Below, one piece after another: positions 43,462-53,830 of a stretch of DNA of 64,000 nt. Location: contig CAWGJT010000006.1 in assembly GCA_963822965.1 (NCBI GenBank), forward strand, positions 192,001 to 256,000, read 5' to 3'. The stretch comes from an uncultured delta proteobacterium. Lineage in GTDB: Bacteria; Myxococcota_A; UBA9160; UBA4427. The notes under the pieces were generated by a model. It ran no database searches and was not told the DNA's origin. It saw only the letters and a program-made list of their open reading frames with translations. Each line of letters opens with the position of its first letter. The stretch's first letter is position 1. A program made the translations under genes and the position numbers.

Positions 43462-44100
43462 CTACGGGGCGGCCGAGGCCTCCCGCCACTCCGGCGGCAC
43501 CGCCGCGAGGTCGGCTTGCACGTCCAGGGCTCGCAGGCGGCGTTCTGCCCCGTCGATGGCCTCCCGCTCGCTGCGGATCTCCTCGCGCAGCCGGATGCTG
43601 AGGGGCGACGTCTGGGGATCGCTGGACCCGGGTGCGGAGACCTGCCAGGCCGAGGACGTACCGGAGGTCTTCTCGAGCTCCGCCTCGGCCTTCGCCAGGC
43701 GCTTGCGCGCCTCCGCCAGGTCCGTCCGGGCGCTCTCGAAGCGCGCGCGCCACTCGCTGACCGTGGCGCCGCCGCGCCGATCGACGTCCGACTCGAAGCT
43801 GTGGGGCAGCCGCAGCAGACGATCGAGGTCCACGTCCGGCGCGGGCTCGTCGGACCTGGGCGGAGGCGCGTCCTGCGTCTCCTGAACGCGGCCGGAACCC
43901 GTCTCCTGAGCGCGGCCGGAGCTGGCTCCGGGCGCGGCGGGCTCGCCCGCGGCCGGCCGCGGGGGGGCATCCGCGGCGGATCGCGGGGGCTCGTCGGCCG
44001 CCGAAGCCCCCGTGGCGAGCAGCAGCAGCAACAGCGCGGCCGGGACGGCGATGCCGCCCGCGGCCGACCACCCACCGCATCTTCCCTGTCGTGATCGCAT
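43462..44100 (-). CDS. hypothetical exported coiled-coil protein
   Basis: Hydrophobic AALLLLLLATG, Pro-rich linker, helical C-terminus ending VPPEWRE. Confidence 0.6.
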   Translation of the reverse strand: MRSRQGRCGGWSAAGGIAVPAALLLLLLATGASAADEPPRSAADAPPRPAAGEPAAPGASSGRAQETGSGRVQETQDAPPPRSDEPAPDVDLDRLLRLPHSFESDVDRRGGATVSEWRARFESARTDLAEARKRLAKAEAELEKTSGTSSAWQVSAPGSSDPQTSPLSIRLREEIRSEREAIDGAERRLRALDVQADLAAVPPEWREASAAP

Positions 44101-44118
44101 GATGGCTTGGGGGCTCTT

Positions 44119-44154
44119 TCGACGCGCTCGACGCGCTCGAGGCGCTCGACGCGT
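44119..44154. repeat. 9-bp tandem repeat (TCGACGCGC x4, imperfect)
   Basis: Read directly in the intergenic region. Confidence 0.7.
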
Positions 44155-44333
44155 TTTGGACCCGGGCACACGCCCGCCGGGGCTCACGCACAACTGTAGC
44201 GGAGCGGGTCGCATCCGGTGGAAACCCGGCGAATTGCCGGCTCTCCGGTCAAGACCCGCTGCCGGCTGCCGATACGCCAGGCGTGACTTCCGCACGGCGG
44301 AAGCTCACTCGTTTGCGCGGAGGGTTGAGGGCG

Positions 44334-45483
44334 ATGGACCGCGAGAAGCTTCACCGCCTGCTGCGACTGGGCCTGGAGAAGGGAGCGTCGGACATCCACT
44401 TCCAGGTGGGTTATCTGCCGCTGTACCGGTTCCACGGCGAGCTGGTGGAGCTCCGCTACAAGGTCCTCACGCCGAAGGACACCGAGGAGATCGCCAAGCA
44501 CCTGCTGGAGCAGGACGAGACCTCGACAGAATCTGGACTTCAACGAGCGCGACCTCGCCTTCGAGCTGCCCGGCGAGGGCCGCTTCCGGGTCAACATCTC
44601 GCGCCAGCGGCGCTTCTTCAACATCGTCCTGCGCGTCATCCCGCTGCAGATCAAGGCCTTCGAGGATCTCAACCTGCCCGGCGTCCTCGGCGACATCGCC
44701 CAGCTTCGCCGGGGCTACGTGCTCGTCACCGGCGCCACCGGCATGGGCAAGTCCACCACCCTCGCGACGATGATCAACGAGGTCAACCGCAGCCGGAAGG
44801 CGAAGATCGTGACCGTCGAGGATCCGATCGAGTTCGTCTTCACCCACGACAAGAGCATCATCACCCAGCGCGAGATCGGCACCGACACCGCGTCCTTCCC
44901 GGACGCGCTGCGCGCCGCCCTGCGCCAGGATCCGGACGTCATCATGGTCGGCGAGATGCGCGACCTCGAGACCGTCGACACCTCGCTCAAGGCGGCCGAG
45001 ACCGGCCACCTGGTCTTCTCGACGATCCACACCGAGCGACGTCGCCTCGACGATCAACCGCCTCGTCTCCTTCTTCCCGGTCGAGGAGCAGCTCCAGGTG
45101 CGGGCCCGGCTGGCGGACAACCTCAAGGCGATCGTGTCGCTGCGCCTGCTGGTGAACAAGAAGCAGAACGGGCGCGTACCGGCGGTCGAGATCATGCGCA
45201 GCACGCGCATGATCCAGGAATGCATCAAGGATCCCGCCAAGACCCACGAGATGACCGACTATCATCGCAGCGCGGCCGGGGCGACGGCATGCAGACCTTC
45301 GACCAGCACCTGCTCGACCTGCTTCGCGCGAACAAGATGTCGGTCGAGACCGCCATGAACGCGGCGTCGAACCCGACGGATTTCAAGACCAAGCTGGAGA
45401 TGGAAGGCGGGATTCCGGAAGGCGACGAAGAAGCCGAGAAGCCCGACGCACCCTTCCAGATCGAGCCCGACGGCCGCTTCTAG
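44334..45483 (+). CDS. pilT: PilT/PilU-family type IV pilus ATPase (frameshifted)
   Basis: GASDIHF, VTGATGMGKSTT, TVEDPIEF, ALRQDPDVIMVGEMRD, AAETGHLVFSTIHT, GMQTFDQ. Confidence 0.9.
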
Positions 45484-45524
45484 CAGAGCGATCGCCCCTG
45501 GCGTACGGAGACCGGAAGCGAGAC

Positions 45525-46797
45525 ATGGCGCAACCGGCGAGAATGCAGCATCTGACCGCGGCCCTGCGGGCAACGGCGTCGCGAGCGGCGGCGACGACCG
45601 GCGGGTATGCCTTGCTCTTCGCGAGCGCGCCGGGGGGCGCGGCGCCAGGCGTATCGGCACGACTGCGCGCGGCCGCGGGATTCGGCTCTCCCGACGAGGC
45701 GCGCAAGGCCTCCGAGGCGCTGCTCCCGGGCGTCCGCGAGGCGATCTCCAACCGACAGGTCAAGCAGCTCGGCGAGGTCCCGGCCCTGGGCGAACGGGCC
45801 GCGGGCGGCGCCAGCGTGATGCCCCTCGTCTTCGAGGACAACGTCCACGGCGCCCTGGTGGTCGCCGGTCCCGTCGCCTGCGACGAGGCCATGCAGCTGG
45901 CGCTGGCCCAGCTCGCCAGCTCCGCGGCGGTCCACCTGGACCACCTGGTGGTGGCCGAAGAGATCGAGCGCCTGCGCAGCTCCACGAATCAGATCCAGAC
46001 GCTCGCCGAGGAGAAGAGCGACGAGCTCCTGAAGCTCTCCGAGGAGCTCTTCGCCCAGGACATCGAGCTGCTCCGCACCAACGAGAAGCTCGGCAAGATC
46101 GAGAAGCTGAAGAACGACTTCATCGAGAAGATGTCCCGCGAGCTGCGGACGCCGCTGAACAGCATCATCGAGTCCATCATCTCGGTGCTCGCCGGCGAGA
46201 ACGACGCGCTCTCGGATGGCGCCAAGGCCAGCCTTGCGCACGGCCCTCGACGAGGGAACCGCCTTCCTGCGCACGCTCCAGAACATCCTCGACCTGTGGC
46301 GCATCAAGCAGGGCGAGCTGCCCGTGGAGATGCAGGAGGTGAACTTCCCCGAGGTGGTCGACGAGACGATCTTCAGCGTCCAGGACGATGCTCGACGCCA
46401 AGGCGATGCAGATCGAGAAGCGCTTCGACGAGCCGTTGCCGAAGGTGGGGACGGACCTGGCCAAGGTCGAACCAGATCCTCTTCCTGCTGCTGGACAACG
46501 CCGCGAAGTTCACCGAGGAGGGCAAGATCACGATCACGGCGCGGGTCCGAGAAGGACACGCCTGCACTGCTCGATCGCCGACACGGGCATCGGGATCTGC
46601 CCGGACGACCAGCAGATCGATCTTCGACGAGTTCTTCCAGGTGGACGAGCTGTCGTCGCCACCGCTACCGCGGCGCCGGACTGGGGCTCACCCTGGTCCG
46701 CGACCTGCTCGTGCTGCTGGAGGGCGAGGTGCTGCTCACCAGCGAGCCCGGCCGCGGCACCACCGTCTCGTTCAGCATCCCCGTCCAGCCCGCCTAG
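45525..46797 (+). CDS. GAF-like + histidine kinase-fold protein with atypical H-box (frameshifted)
   Basis: KNDFIEKMSRELRTPLNSII, LLDNAAKFT, DTGIGI, GAGLGL, SEPGRGTTVSF. Confidence 0.85.
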
Positions 46798-46816
46798 GGC
46801 GCTTCGCTCCGGCGGA

Positions 46817-47077
46817 TCAGGGGGTCGGCGTGCCGCCCTCGGACGTGGCCGGACGGGCCGCGTCCTCGATGTGGGCGTCGATGTCTTCCGGGTAGTCGGG
46901 CAGGATGCGTCCGGCCGCGATCTCGCGCAGCGCGATCACCACGTCCTTGTTGTCCTCGGCGCTCACCAGGGCGGTGGCCCCCTTCTTGAGCTGCTTGGCG
47001 CGGATGGCGGCCATCTGCACCAGGTGGAAGCGGTTCGGAACCTTCTCGGTGCAGTCTTCGATGGTGATACGGGCCAT
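46817..47077 (-). CDS. rpoZ: RNA polymerase omega subunit
   Basis: [30 protein letters not shown]...ALREIAAG. Confidence 0.96.
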   Translation of the reverse strand: MARITIEDCTEKVPNRFHLVQMAAIRAKQLKKGATALVSAEDNKDVVIALREIAAGRILPDYPEDIDAHIEDAARPATSEGGTPTP

Positions 47078-47272
47078 GGATCTCCTTCCTTCCTCGCCGC
47101 CTGGCTCTTTCCGGGTCTTCCGGGTCCCACGCCGTCCGCACCGCGCGGATGAGGCAGGAGTCGATCCGGTACGAGAGGACGGCTTGGAGGTTCCCGCAGG
47201 GCGGGCCACGCGCAGCTTAGGCCAGCCCCCTCCCCCGCCGCCAGCCGTCCTCCCCGGCAGCCCTGCCCCGCC

Positions 47273-48292
47273 TCAGGAATAGCTGACGCTGCCCCCGGCT
47301 TCCCGGGAGCGGAGCGCCATGAAGAGCGGCAGGCGGTACAGCACGGGGCCCAGGGGAAGCCCCAGCTCCGCGGCCACCTCCTGCATGGTCTCCGGGCACA
47401 TGTAGTACGCCCGGACCCGGGCCACCCGACCCTCCAGCTCCTCGACGCGGGTGAGCGACTGGAGCTTCCGCCCGCCGAACTCGGTGGAGAAGCTCAGCAT
47501 CACCGGCTCGCCGCGCAAGACGGCCGCCTCGGCCTCCCACCGCTTCGGACGCAGCGCTTCCGGCAGGTCCGGGTGGACGTGGCAGGACTGCCAGAGCCAG
47601 CTGCCGCGCCGCTCGAACTGGTCCCGGCCGATCTCCAGCAGGCTGCCCGGCACCTCGATCGACGCCCCGTCGAGCATCAGGGCCAGCAGGCCGTCCAGAT
47701 CCGCCGCCCGCATGCACTCCACGAACCGCTCCACCAGGGCCGCAGATGGCCTGGGCCGCGGCGAGCCGATGCCGTCCTGCGCTTCCCGCAGCCGGCCCCG
47801 GCCGCGATGGAGCGCCGCCTTGACGGCCCCGACGGTCGTCGCGAGGACGTCGGCGATCTCCCGAGCCGTCATCTCGAAGACCTCCTTCATCACGAACGCG
47901 GCGCGCTCCTGGGGCGGCAGCAGCTGCAGCAGCGCGGCTCCCGCGTCCCGCGCCTCCCCCGCCCGGTGGCGGGCCCCCGCCTCCGGCGGGGGCGCGGCAC
48001 CCCGTGCCGCGCGCTCGAGCTCCCGACGCCGCAGGGCGTCGACCCACAGATGGGTCGCGATCCGCACCAGGTAGGCGCTCGGGTTCTCGATGTGCCGGTG
48101 AACGGAGCCCATGGTCGCGAAGCCACGCAGGAGCGTGTCCTGCACCAGATCCTCCGCGTCGAAGAGGTCTCCCGTCAGCTTGCGGCAGTAGCGGTGGAGA
48201 CCCGGCCGGATGGGCTCCAGCAGGCCGATGTAGCGGTACCAGGCGGCACGGGCCTGGTCGCGAAGGTCGTCGGGTAGCTCGGGCTCGCCCAT
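47273..48292 (-). CDS. ECF sigma factor with C-terminal SnoaL-like extension
   Basis: LHRYCRKLTGDLFDAEDLVQDT, LPPQERAAFVM, AVKAALHRGR, then ALVERFVECMRAADLDGLLALM. Confidence 0.85.
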   Translation of the reverse strand: MGEPELPDDLRDQARAAWYRYIGLLEPIRPGLHRYCRKLTGDLFDAEDLVQDTLLRGFATMGSVHRHIENPSAYLVRIATHLWVDALRRRELERAARGAAPPPEAGARHRAGEARDAGAALLQLLPPQERAAFVMKEVFEMTAREIADVLATTVGAVKAALHRGRGRLREAQDGIGSPRPRPSAALVERFVECMRAADLDGLLALMLDGASIEVPGSLLEIGRDQFERRGSWLWQSCHVHPDLPEALRPKRWEAEAAVLRGEPVMLSFSTEFGGRKLQSLTRVEELEGRVARVRAYYMCPETMQEVAAELGLPLGPVLYRLPLFMALRSREAGGSVSYS

Positions 48293-48405
48293 GCGGTCCT
48301 CCAAGGTTGCGCTCCACCCAGAAGACGAACGGCACCCCCAGAAGGATACGTCCAGAGCCCGCAAGCCAACCCGAGCCCCATACGGCCGCAACCAAGCCCC
48401 GACCC

Positions 48406-48447
48406 AAAAAAAGGAAACCCCGGCCGACAAGGCGTCAGCCGGGGTCC
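48406..48447 (-). terminator. intrinsic terminator of the histone-like gene
   Basis: Minus strand: ACCCCGGCTGAC-GCCTT-GTCGGCCGGGGT followed by TTCCTTTTTTT. Confidence 0.85.
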
Positions 48448-48517
48448 TTCAGCCGCCGCCTCCCTGAGGCGCTCCGCAGAACGGAGCGCCCCGGGGATGG
48501 CAGCCGTCTCTCCTGGG

Positions 48518-48733
48518 CTACTTCTTCTTGCGAGCAGCCTTCTTGCGGCCCTTCTTCTTCGCGGCCTTCTTGCGAGTGGCCTTCTTCTTCCGGGCCTTCT
48601 TCTTGGCGGCCTTCTTGCGAGTGGCCTTCTTCTTGCGGCCCTTCTTCTTCGCCGCCTTCTTCTTGGTGGCCTTCTTCTTCGTGGCCTTCTTCTTGGTGGC
48701 CTTCTTCTTGCTAGCCTTCTTTCGTGCTGCCAT
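48518..48733 (-). CDS. histone H1-like Lys/Ala-rich basic protein (71 aa)
   Basis: MAARKKASKKKATKKKATKKK...; pentapeptide repeats, uniform AAG codons, RBS-like upstream and own terminator. Confidence 0.8.
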   Translation of the reverse strand: MAARKKASKKKATKKKATKKKATKKKAAKKKGRKKKATRKKAAKKKARKKKATRKKAAKKKGRKKAARKKK

Positions 48734-49034
48734 TGCTTGGGTCACCCCCCTTTCATGAACTCTGGTGACAAGGTCCTTGGGTCCCTCGACCCGGCGAGCA
48801 GCGTTCGATCCCCTTCACCGCTTCCCCCTCCCCGCTTCCGACCGGCTAGCCGGACATCCGCTGGGAGAGGTGGAGATGTCGAGAGATCGCTCGTTACCCG
48901 CTGGTCACCTCCACTTGCGTTTCGTTGCGTTGATTGACCTTGTTCGGTCTGTCGGAGGCTGGATCCTGCAACTTGAAGCAAAAACGAACCGCTTCTCATC
49001 GCAAACCGCGGCACTAGAGCCATTGTTGCTGATG

Positions 49035-49064
49035 ACGCTAACACCGATTTTTCACCCTCGTCAA
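49035..49064 (-). promoter_or_regulatory. sigma70-like promoter TTGACG-N18-TAGCGT
   Basis: In an unusually AT-rich patch with an A/T tract upstream; points toward the histone-like gene. Confidence 0.5.
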
Positions 49065-49717
49065 GTAAATTGCCCAAAAAAATCAGTGTGATGGGGAATC
49101 AAACTGCGTCCCGCGAGACAGAAAGCGTGCGTAGCATGTGGGCGGGAGCGCGTGTGTCTGTGGGATCCGCCCTCGTCGAAGCACTTCGAACCGCCGCGGC
49201 GCAGCGCGTGTCGCGCGCCGCGAGGACACGCACTGCGCCGTGCTGCTCTCCGAAAATGGATTGCAGTTTCGGATGCTTACCCGCTCGTCGGAAAGGCGCG
49301 GCCGTTGCCTCGATCGCTTCGATCGGTCACGTGCCGAGGGCTCGACGGGCACCTCCGACGTCGAGCCGAACCTTCGTCGCGCGCTCGCAGAACGGCCACG
49401 GGGTTTCGACGGCCCGGCCGAGTCCGATGCGACGAGGAATCGGTCGGCGCACGGGCGGTCCGGTGTTCACGAACCGATGCGCATAGCGCGACGACGCGAC
49501 CCGCAGCCTCCCGAAGCGACGCCAACGAGGCGAGATGCGGTGGCGCCGACTCGGGCGCATGACTCTCGCGGATGCTCCACGCCCATGCTTCTCCGCGTTG
49601 GACGGCCGGTGGACGGCTCGTCGCGGGACCCGTGAGTCCCCGCGCCCCGGCCGCCCCAGCGAGGCCGCCAGTGTGCCCCAGCCACGACCCCGAGGCGGCC
49701 GCCGTCGCGGAAGAGCC

Positions 49718-49733
49718 TGGCAGGGCTCTTGCA
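49718..49733 (+). promoter_or_regulatory. sigma-54 promoter TGGCAGGGCTCTTGCA
   Basis: Exact GG-N10-GC spacing with TGGCA/TTGCA, 70 nt upstream of ATG 49803. Confidence 0.65.
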
Positions 49734-49802
49734 AAAGCGGCTCCTGCAAAAGCGGCTGTCACCCGGCCACGTCAGCGCCCGGCCACTTCTGGAGGATGGA
49801 TC

Positions 49803-50852
49803 ATGCTCGTTGCCACCCGTCGCATCCCGCGCGTCTGCTCATCGTTCCTTCTCGTGTTGGGCGTCGGCCTGCTCGCCGGCGCAGCCACCGCCGAGCCCCC
49901 GGCCGACGAGGCCTGCCCCACCTGGCTGCCCGACTTCAAGTGCGATCGGCAGGCCCGCTTCGACGGCTTCGTCCAGCCCATGTCCATGCCCTACCTGTTC
50001 GAAGACCCGTTCATCACGACGGGCGCGAACCTGGTGGGAATCTGGCACGGCTTTGCGGACAACAACGGATTCGAGGGCGGCTACGCGGGCGTGCTCGCCC
50101 TGCAGCTTCGCGTCGCCCTCACCGACAAGCTGGCCCTCATCGCCACCAAGGACGGCTTCATGATGTTGCGGCCGGACATCAAGCTCGGCGACATCACGGG
50201 CAACAAGGCCGACCGCCAGGCCGTGCTGCGCGACGAGAACGCCTTCATGAACATGACCCTGGGCTTCAAGTACGCAATGATCGAAGACCGGGAGAACGAC
50301 TTCATCCTCTCGCCGGCGATCCGCTACGAGATTCCGCTCGGCAACGACGAGGTCCTCCAGGGACGGGGCGACGGCGTCTTCATTCCGTCGGCGTCGTTCG
50401 CGTGGGGAGCGACGGAGCAGCTCCACCTGATCGGGAGCCTGGGCGGTCAGGTGCCCCTGGACTCCCAGAAGCAGAGCAGCTCGATCTTCTACAACATGCA
50501 CGTCCAGTACGTGCTGGCGCGGATGCTGGTGCCGTTCGTCGAGCTGAGCGGGATCCACTGGACCAACAGCGGCAACGGCAAGCTGAAGCTCGACACCTCG
50601 CGGGCGCTGGGGACCGACGTGACCCTGAGCACCGCGCAGTCCGCCCTGGGAAGCGGACCCTTCGAAGGCGCCGACGTGGCCAATCTGGGGTCCCAGGGCG
50701 TTCGCGGCGAGAACCTGCTGACCATGGCCTGGGGGCTGCGCATCCCCCTGGACGACCGCCTGGTGCTGGGCATGTCCTACGAGCGCGCCCTGCGCGGCAA
50801 GGAGAACCTGTTCGACCAGCGCGTGACGGCCATGGCCACGTTCGAGTACTAG
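49803..50852 (+). CDS. exported hypothetical protein, probable outer-membrane beta-barrel
   Basis: GGAGGA RBS, signal peptide, alternating beta-strand pattern, C-terminal aromatic (ATFEY). Confidence 0.65.
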   Translation: MLVATRRIPRVCSSFLLVLGVGLLAGAATAEPPADEACPTWLPDFKCDRQARFDGFVQPMSMPYLFEDPFITTGANLVGIWHGFADNNGFEGGYAGVLALQLRVALTDKLALIATKDGFMMLRPDIKLGDITGNKADRQAVLRDENAFMNMTLGFKYAMIEDRENDFILSPAIRYEIPLGNDEVLQGRGDGVFIPSASFAWGATEQLHLIGSLGGQVPLDSQKQSSSIFYNMHVQYVLARMLVPFVELSGIHWTNSGNGKLKLDTSRALGTDVTLSTAQSALGSGPFEGADVANLGSQGVRGENLLTMAWGLRIPLDDRLVLGMSYERALRGKENLFDQRVTAMATFEY

Positions 50853-50901
50853 CGACGGGGCAGCAGGCTCGCGAGCGGAGCGCTCGCCCTCCGAGACGGG
50901 G

Positions 50902-50994
50902 CTAGCGCTTGTGCTTGTGTCGCTGCCGCTTCAGGAGCTTGCGCTGCTTGTGCTTGCGCATCTTCTTGCGGCGCTTCTTGATGACGCTGCCCAC
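50902..50994 (-). CDS. bS22-like (AURKAIP1/COX24 domain) small basic ribosomal protein
   Basis: Not in the track. GAGGA RBS, GTG start, MGSVIKKRRKKMRKHKQRKLLKRQRHKHKR*. Confidence 0.88.
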   Translation of the reverse strand: MGSVIKKRRKKMRKHKQRKLLKRQRHKHKR

Positions 50995-51131
50995 GGATCG
51001 TCCTCTCTAGGTCTCGTGCCGACTTCCGCTCGGAAGCGGGCCCGATGGATAGGGACTCGGCCGAGGCAAGTCAAGACGAGCGGCGCGGGGAGGCGTGCGG
51101 AGCGGGTCTGGGAGCGGGTGCTCCCGCGGGG

Positions 51132-51707
51132 TCAGGCGGCGGCGTGATCCGGGGTCGGCTCCGCCTCGTCGTTCCGATCGTCCCGAGACGACCAGCGGGC
51201 GCCCCGGGTGAGCAGGTGGCGGGCGCTTCCGAGCCAGCGGTTCAGGACGTGACGCCGTGGCAGGAACCGCAGCACGGGCTCGCCACGCGAGCCCAGATCG
51301 TCGAGAAGCGCGTCGATGGCGATGTTGCCCGGGTCGATCATCCGCGCGCGGCGCAGGTAGCGCAGGCTCTCGGCCTTGAAGCCGAAGGCCAGGTTCAGCC
51401 GGGCGACGTTCAGATACAGATCGGGGTTGAAGAACTCCTGCTTGACCGCCGACTGGCACAGGTCCAGGGCCTCGTGGTAGCGGCCCCGCGCGAGCCCGAG
51501 CGAGAGACCGTAGAAGGACCGCACCTGGGCGTGTGCGCGGTTTCCGTCGAACACCGGACGCAGCACCTGCAGGGCTGCCTCCGGGTCTCCCTGTCGGAGC
51601 AGGTCGCGCGCCTGCGCGATCGCGACCTCCGACACGCCTCGCATCCGCACCGGGACCGGATCGTCGGTCGATCCAGATTCCTGGGGAACGGGGGGGTGGG
51701 TGCTCAT
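51132..51707 (-). CDS. tetratricopeptide-repeat protein
   Basis: GGAG RBS; ALDLCQSAVKQEFFNPDLYLNVARL..YLRRARMIDPGN. Confidence 0.75.
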   Translation of the reverse strand: MSTHPPVPQESGSTDDPVPVRMRGVSEVAIAQARDLLRQGDPEAALQVLRPVFDGNRAHAQVRSFYGLSLGLARGRYHEALDLCQSAVKQEFFNPDLYLNVARLNLAFGFKAESLRYLRRARMIDPGNIAIDALLDDLGSRGEPVLRFLPRRHVLNRWLGSARHLLTRGARWSSRDDRNDEAEPTPDHAAA

Positions 51708-51874
51708 GGTGGACTCCTGCCTTCCTTCCGCTCCTATCGGCAGGCAGTCGCCGGGCCCTGAGGCTTCCGACCCACACTATCTTGGGGTCGGCTGCCCGGG
51801 CGACGCGATCCTTCATGCAGCCGGACGGCAGGCGGCCGGCAACCCGCGCCGCGAAGTCGGCGCGCGGCGGGGCG

Positions 51875-53695
51875 TCAGCGGTCGAGCAGGCCGACCCGCT
51901 CCGACGCCTCGAACTCGGCGCGCAGGGCGTCGTAGTCCGCCCGCTTGAGCTCGCGATACGACGTGTCTCCCCGGCGCCGGAAGTAGATCGGCTCGTCGGA
52001 AAGCCGCCGGCGATCGAAGTGCTCCTGCTTGAGCGTCCGCACCAGGATCTTCTGGGTCTGCGTGTACGGGAACTCCTCGACGATCCGGACGAAGTCGGGG
52101 AACCACTTCTTGTCCATGCCCCCGCTCGAGACCTGGCGCTCGCAGAAGGCGAAGAACTCGCGGGCGTCGAAGCGGGCGCCTTCGCGAAGCTTCAGGGCGG
52201 CCATCACCCACTCGTCGGAAACCGGACACGGCACGCCGTAGGCGGCGGCCAGCACCACGTCGTCGTGCTCCTGGAGCAGCCGCGCCACCTGCGCGGCGGA
52301 GAAGTTCTCGCCGTCCTTGCGGATCCAGTCGTCGGTGCGGCCGTCGAAGTAGAGGTAGCGCTTGCCGTCCTGCAGGAGGACGTGTCCCAGGTCGCCCGAG
52401 TGGTAGACGCCGTCGCGGAACTTGCTGCGATTGGCGTTCTCGTTGGCGAAGTAGCCCTGGAAGAGCGCGGAGTCGGGAGCCACGCGACAGATCTCTCCCA
52501 CCGCTTGCGCGTAGTTGAGGATCTTGCCGTCGGCGTCGAGCTCCACCGCGGGGCACTCCTTGCCGGACTCGTCGAGGATGCGAACCGCCGGGTCGGAGAT
52601 CTCCCCCACGCAGCCCCGCGGATCGCCGCGGCGCCGGAAGGTGCTGATGGCCGCCTCGGTCGAGCCGTAGAGCTCGAGCATGTCCTCCAGCCCGAGCCAA
52701 CGCGTGAAGCGATCGATGTCGGGAGGCGACGCGCCGTTTCCCAGCGCGTACCGAAGGCCGTTGAGGGGACTGCCCGCCACCTCCTTCAGGATGCGCGGCT
52801 CGTCCCCGCCGTACTGTCGTTCGATGGCTCCCAGGATGTAGTGGACCGGCTCGCCCACGTAGTTCCAGAAGGTGACGCCGTGCTCGAAGACGTCCGGCAC
52901 GAAGCTCCCTGCGCTGAAGCGCTCGCGCAGCACCATGCTGGCACCGACGAACAGCGCCGGCTGAAAGCCGAGGAAGAGCGCGTTCGAGTGGAACAGGGGC
53001 ATGCACGCATAGCCGCGGTCGTCGGCGCCGAGCCCCAGGTTCCTCGACACCGTCATCCCGATCACGCAGAGCTTCATGTGGTTGTTGTTGATGCCCTTGG
53101 GCAGCCCCGTCGTGCCCGACGTGTAGATCACGACGAGATTCGTCCCGGGCGCCACCTCGACGTCGGGCGGCGCTTCGACGCTGCCCGGCGGTCCGACCTC
53201 GGCGTCCAGACGCGCGAGCAGGTCGTTCTCCGCCGGCACCTCGGCCCCGCCACGGGGCAGCACCAGGATGTCCGCCTCGCGCAGGTGCTCGAGATCGCCG
53301 CGCACCCGATCGAGGCGATCGAGCAGCGCTTCGTCTACCACGAGGATCCGCGCGCGCGACTGGTTCAGCACGCCCGCCAGGGTGTCGCCCTGCAGGCCGG
53401 TGTTGATGCCGAAGAGGGTCAGCCCCGCGTACCCGCAGCCCCCGTAGAGGGCGAGCAGCTCCAGGTGGTTCTCGAGCAGCATCGCCACGTGGCCCGGGCG
53501 CTCGTCGCTGATCTCCCCCAGCCTGGCCGTGAGAAAGTGCGCGTAGCGCAGGCACTCCTCGCGATAGCGGCGAAACGTCCACGAGCGCTCGTGCTGGACC
53601 AGGAAGGTCCGGTCGGCATTGGCGGGATCCTGTGCGCGGGCGTCGATCAATGCACCCAGGGTGAGCGGGGGTGTAGCAGCAGCGGGATTCGACAC
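51875..53695 (-). CDS. AMP-binding acyl-CoA synthetase
   Basis: IYTSGTTGLPKG, MPLFHSNA, YGSTE, YHSGDLG, FDGRTDDWIRKDGEN. Confidence 0.92.
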   Translation of the reverse strand: MSNPAAATPPLTLGALIDARAQDPANADRTFLVQHERSWTFRRYREECLRYAHFLTARLGEISDERPGHVAMLLENHLELLALYGGCGYAGLTLFGINTGLQGDTLAGVLNQSRARILVVDEALLDRLDRVRGDLEHLREADILVLPRGGAEVPAENDLLARLDAEVGPPGSVEAPPDVEVAPGTNLVVIYTSGTTGLPKGINNNHMKLCVIGMTVSRNLGLGADDRGYACMPLFHSNALFLGFQPALFVGASMVLRERFSAGSFVPDVFEHGVTFWNYVGEPVHYILGAIERQYGGDEPRILKEVAGSPLNGLRYALGNGASPPDIDRFTRWLGLEDMLELYGSTEAAISTFRRRGDPRGCVGEISDPAVRILDESGKECPAVELDADGKILNYAQAVGEICRVAPDSALFQGYFANENANRSKFRDGVYHSGDLGHVLLQDGKRYLYFDGRTDDWIRKDGENFSAAQVARLLQEHDDVVLAAAYGVPCPVSDEWVMAALKLREGARFDAREFFAFCERQVSSGGMDKKWFPDFVRIVEEFPYTQTQKILVRTLKQEHFDRRRLSDEPIYFRRRGDTSYRELKRADYDALRAEFEASERVGLLDR

Positions 53696-53830
53696 GATTC
53701 CTCCTTGCGTTCGTCGCGGCCTGGGAGTCGCCGGAGCGCTTGCGAATCACGAGGAGAGGGCGCCGGGGCCCACCTGCCGGGGCCGGCGCCCCGCCGCGCG
53801 CGGCCGGGGACGCACCGTGGGGTGCGAGCG

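Noticed and set aside
49100..49700. Several overlapping 70-165 aa ORFs
   Set aside because: No codon bias, RBS or recognisable motif; treated as non-coding.
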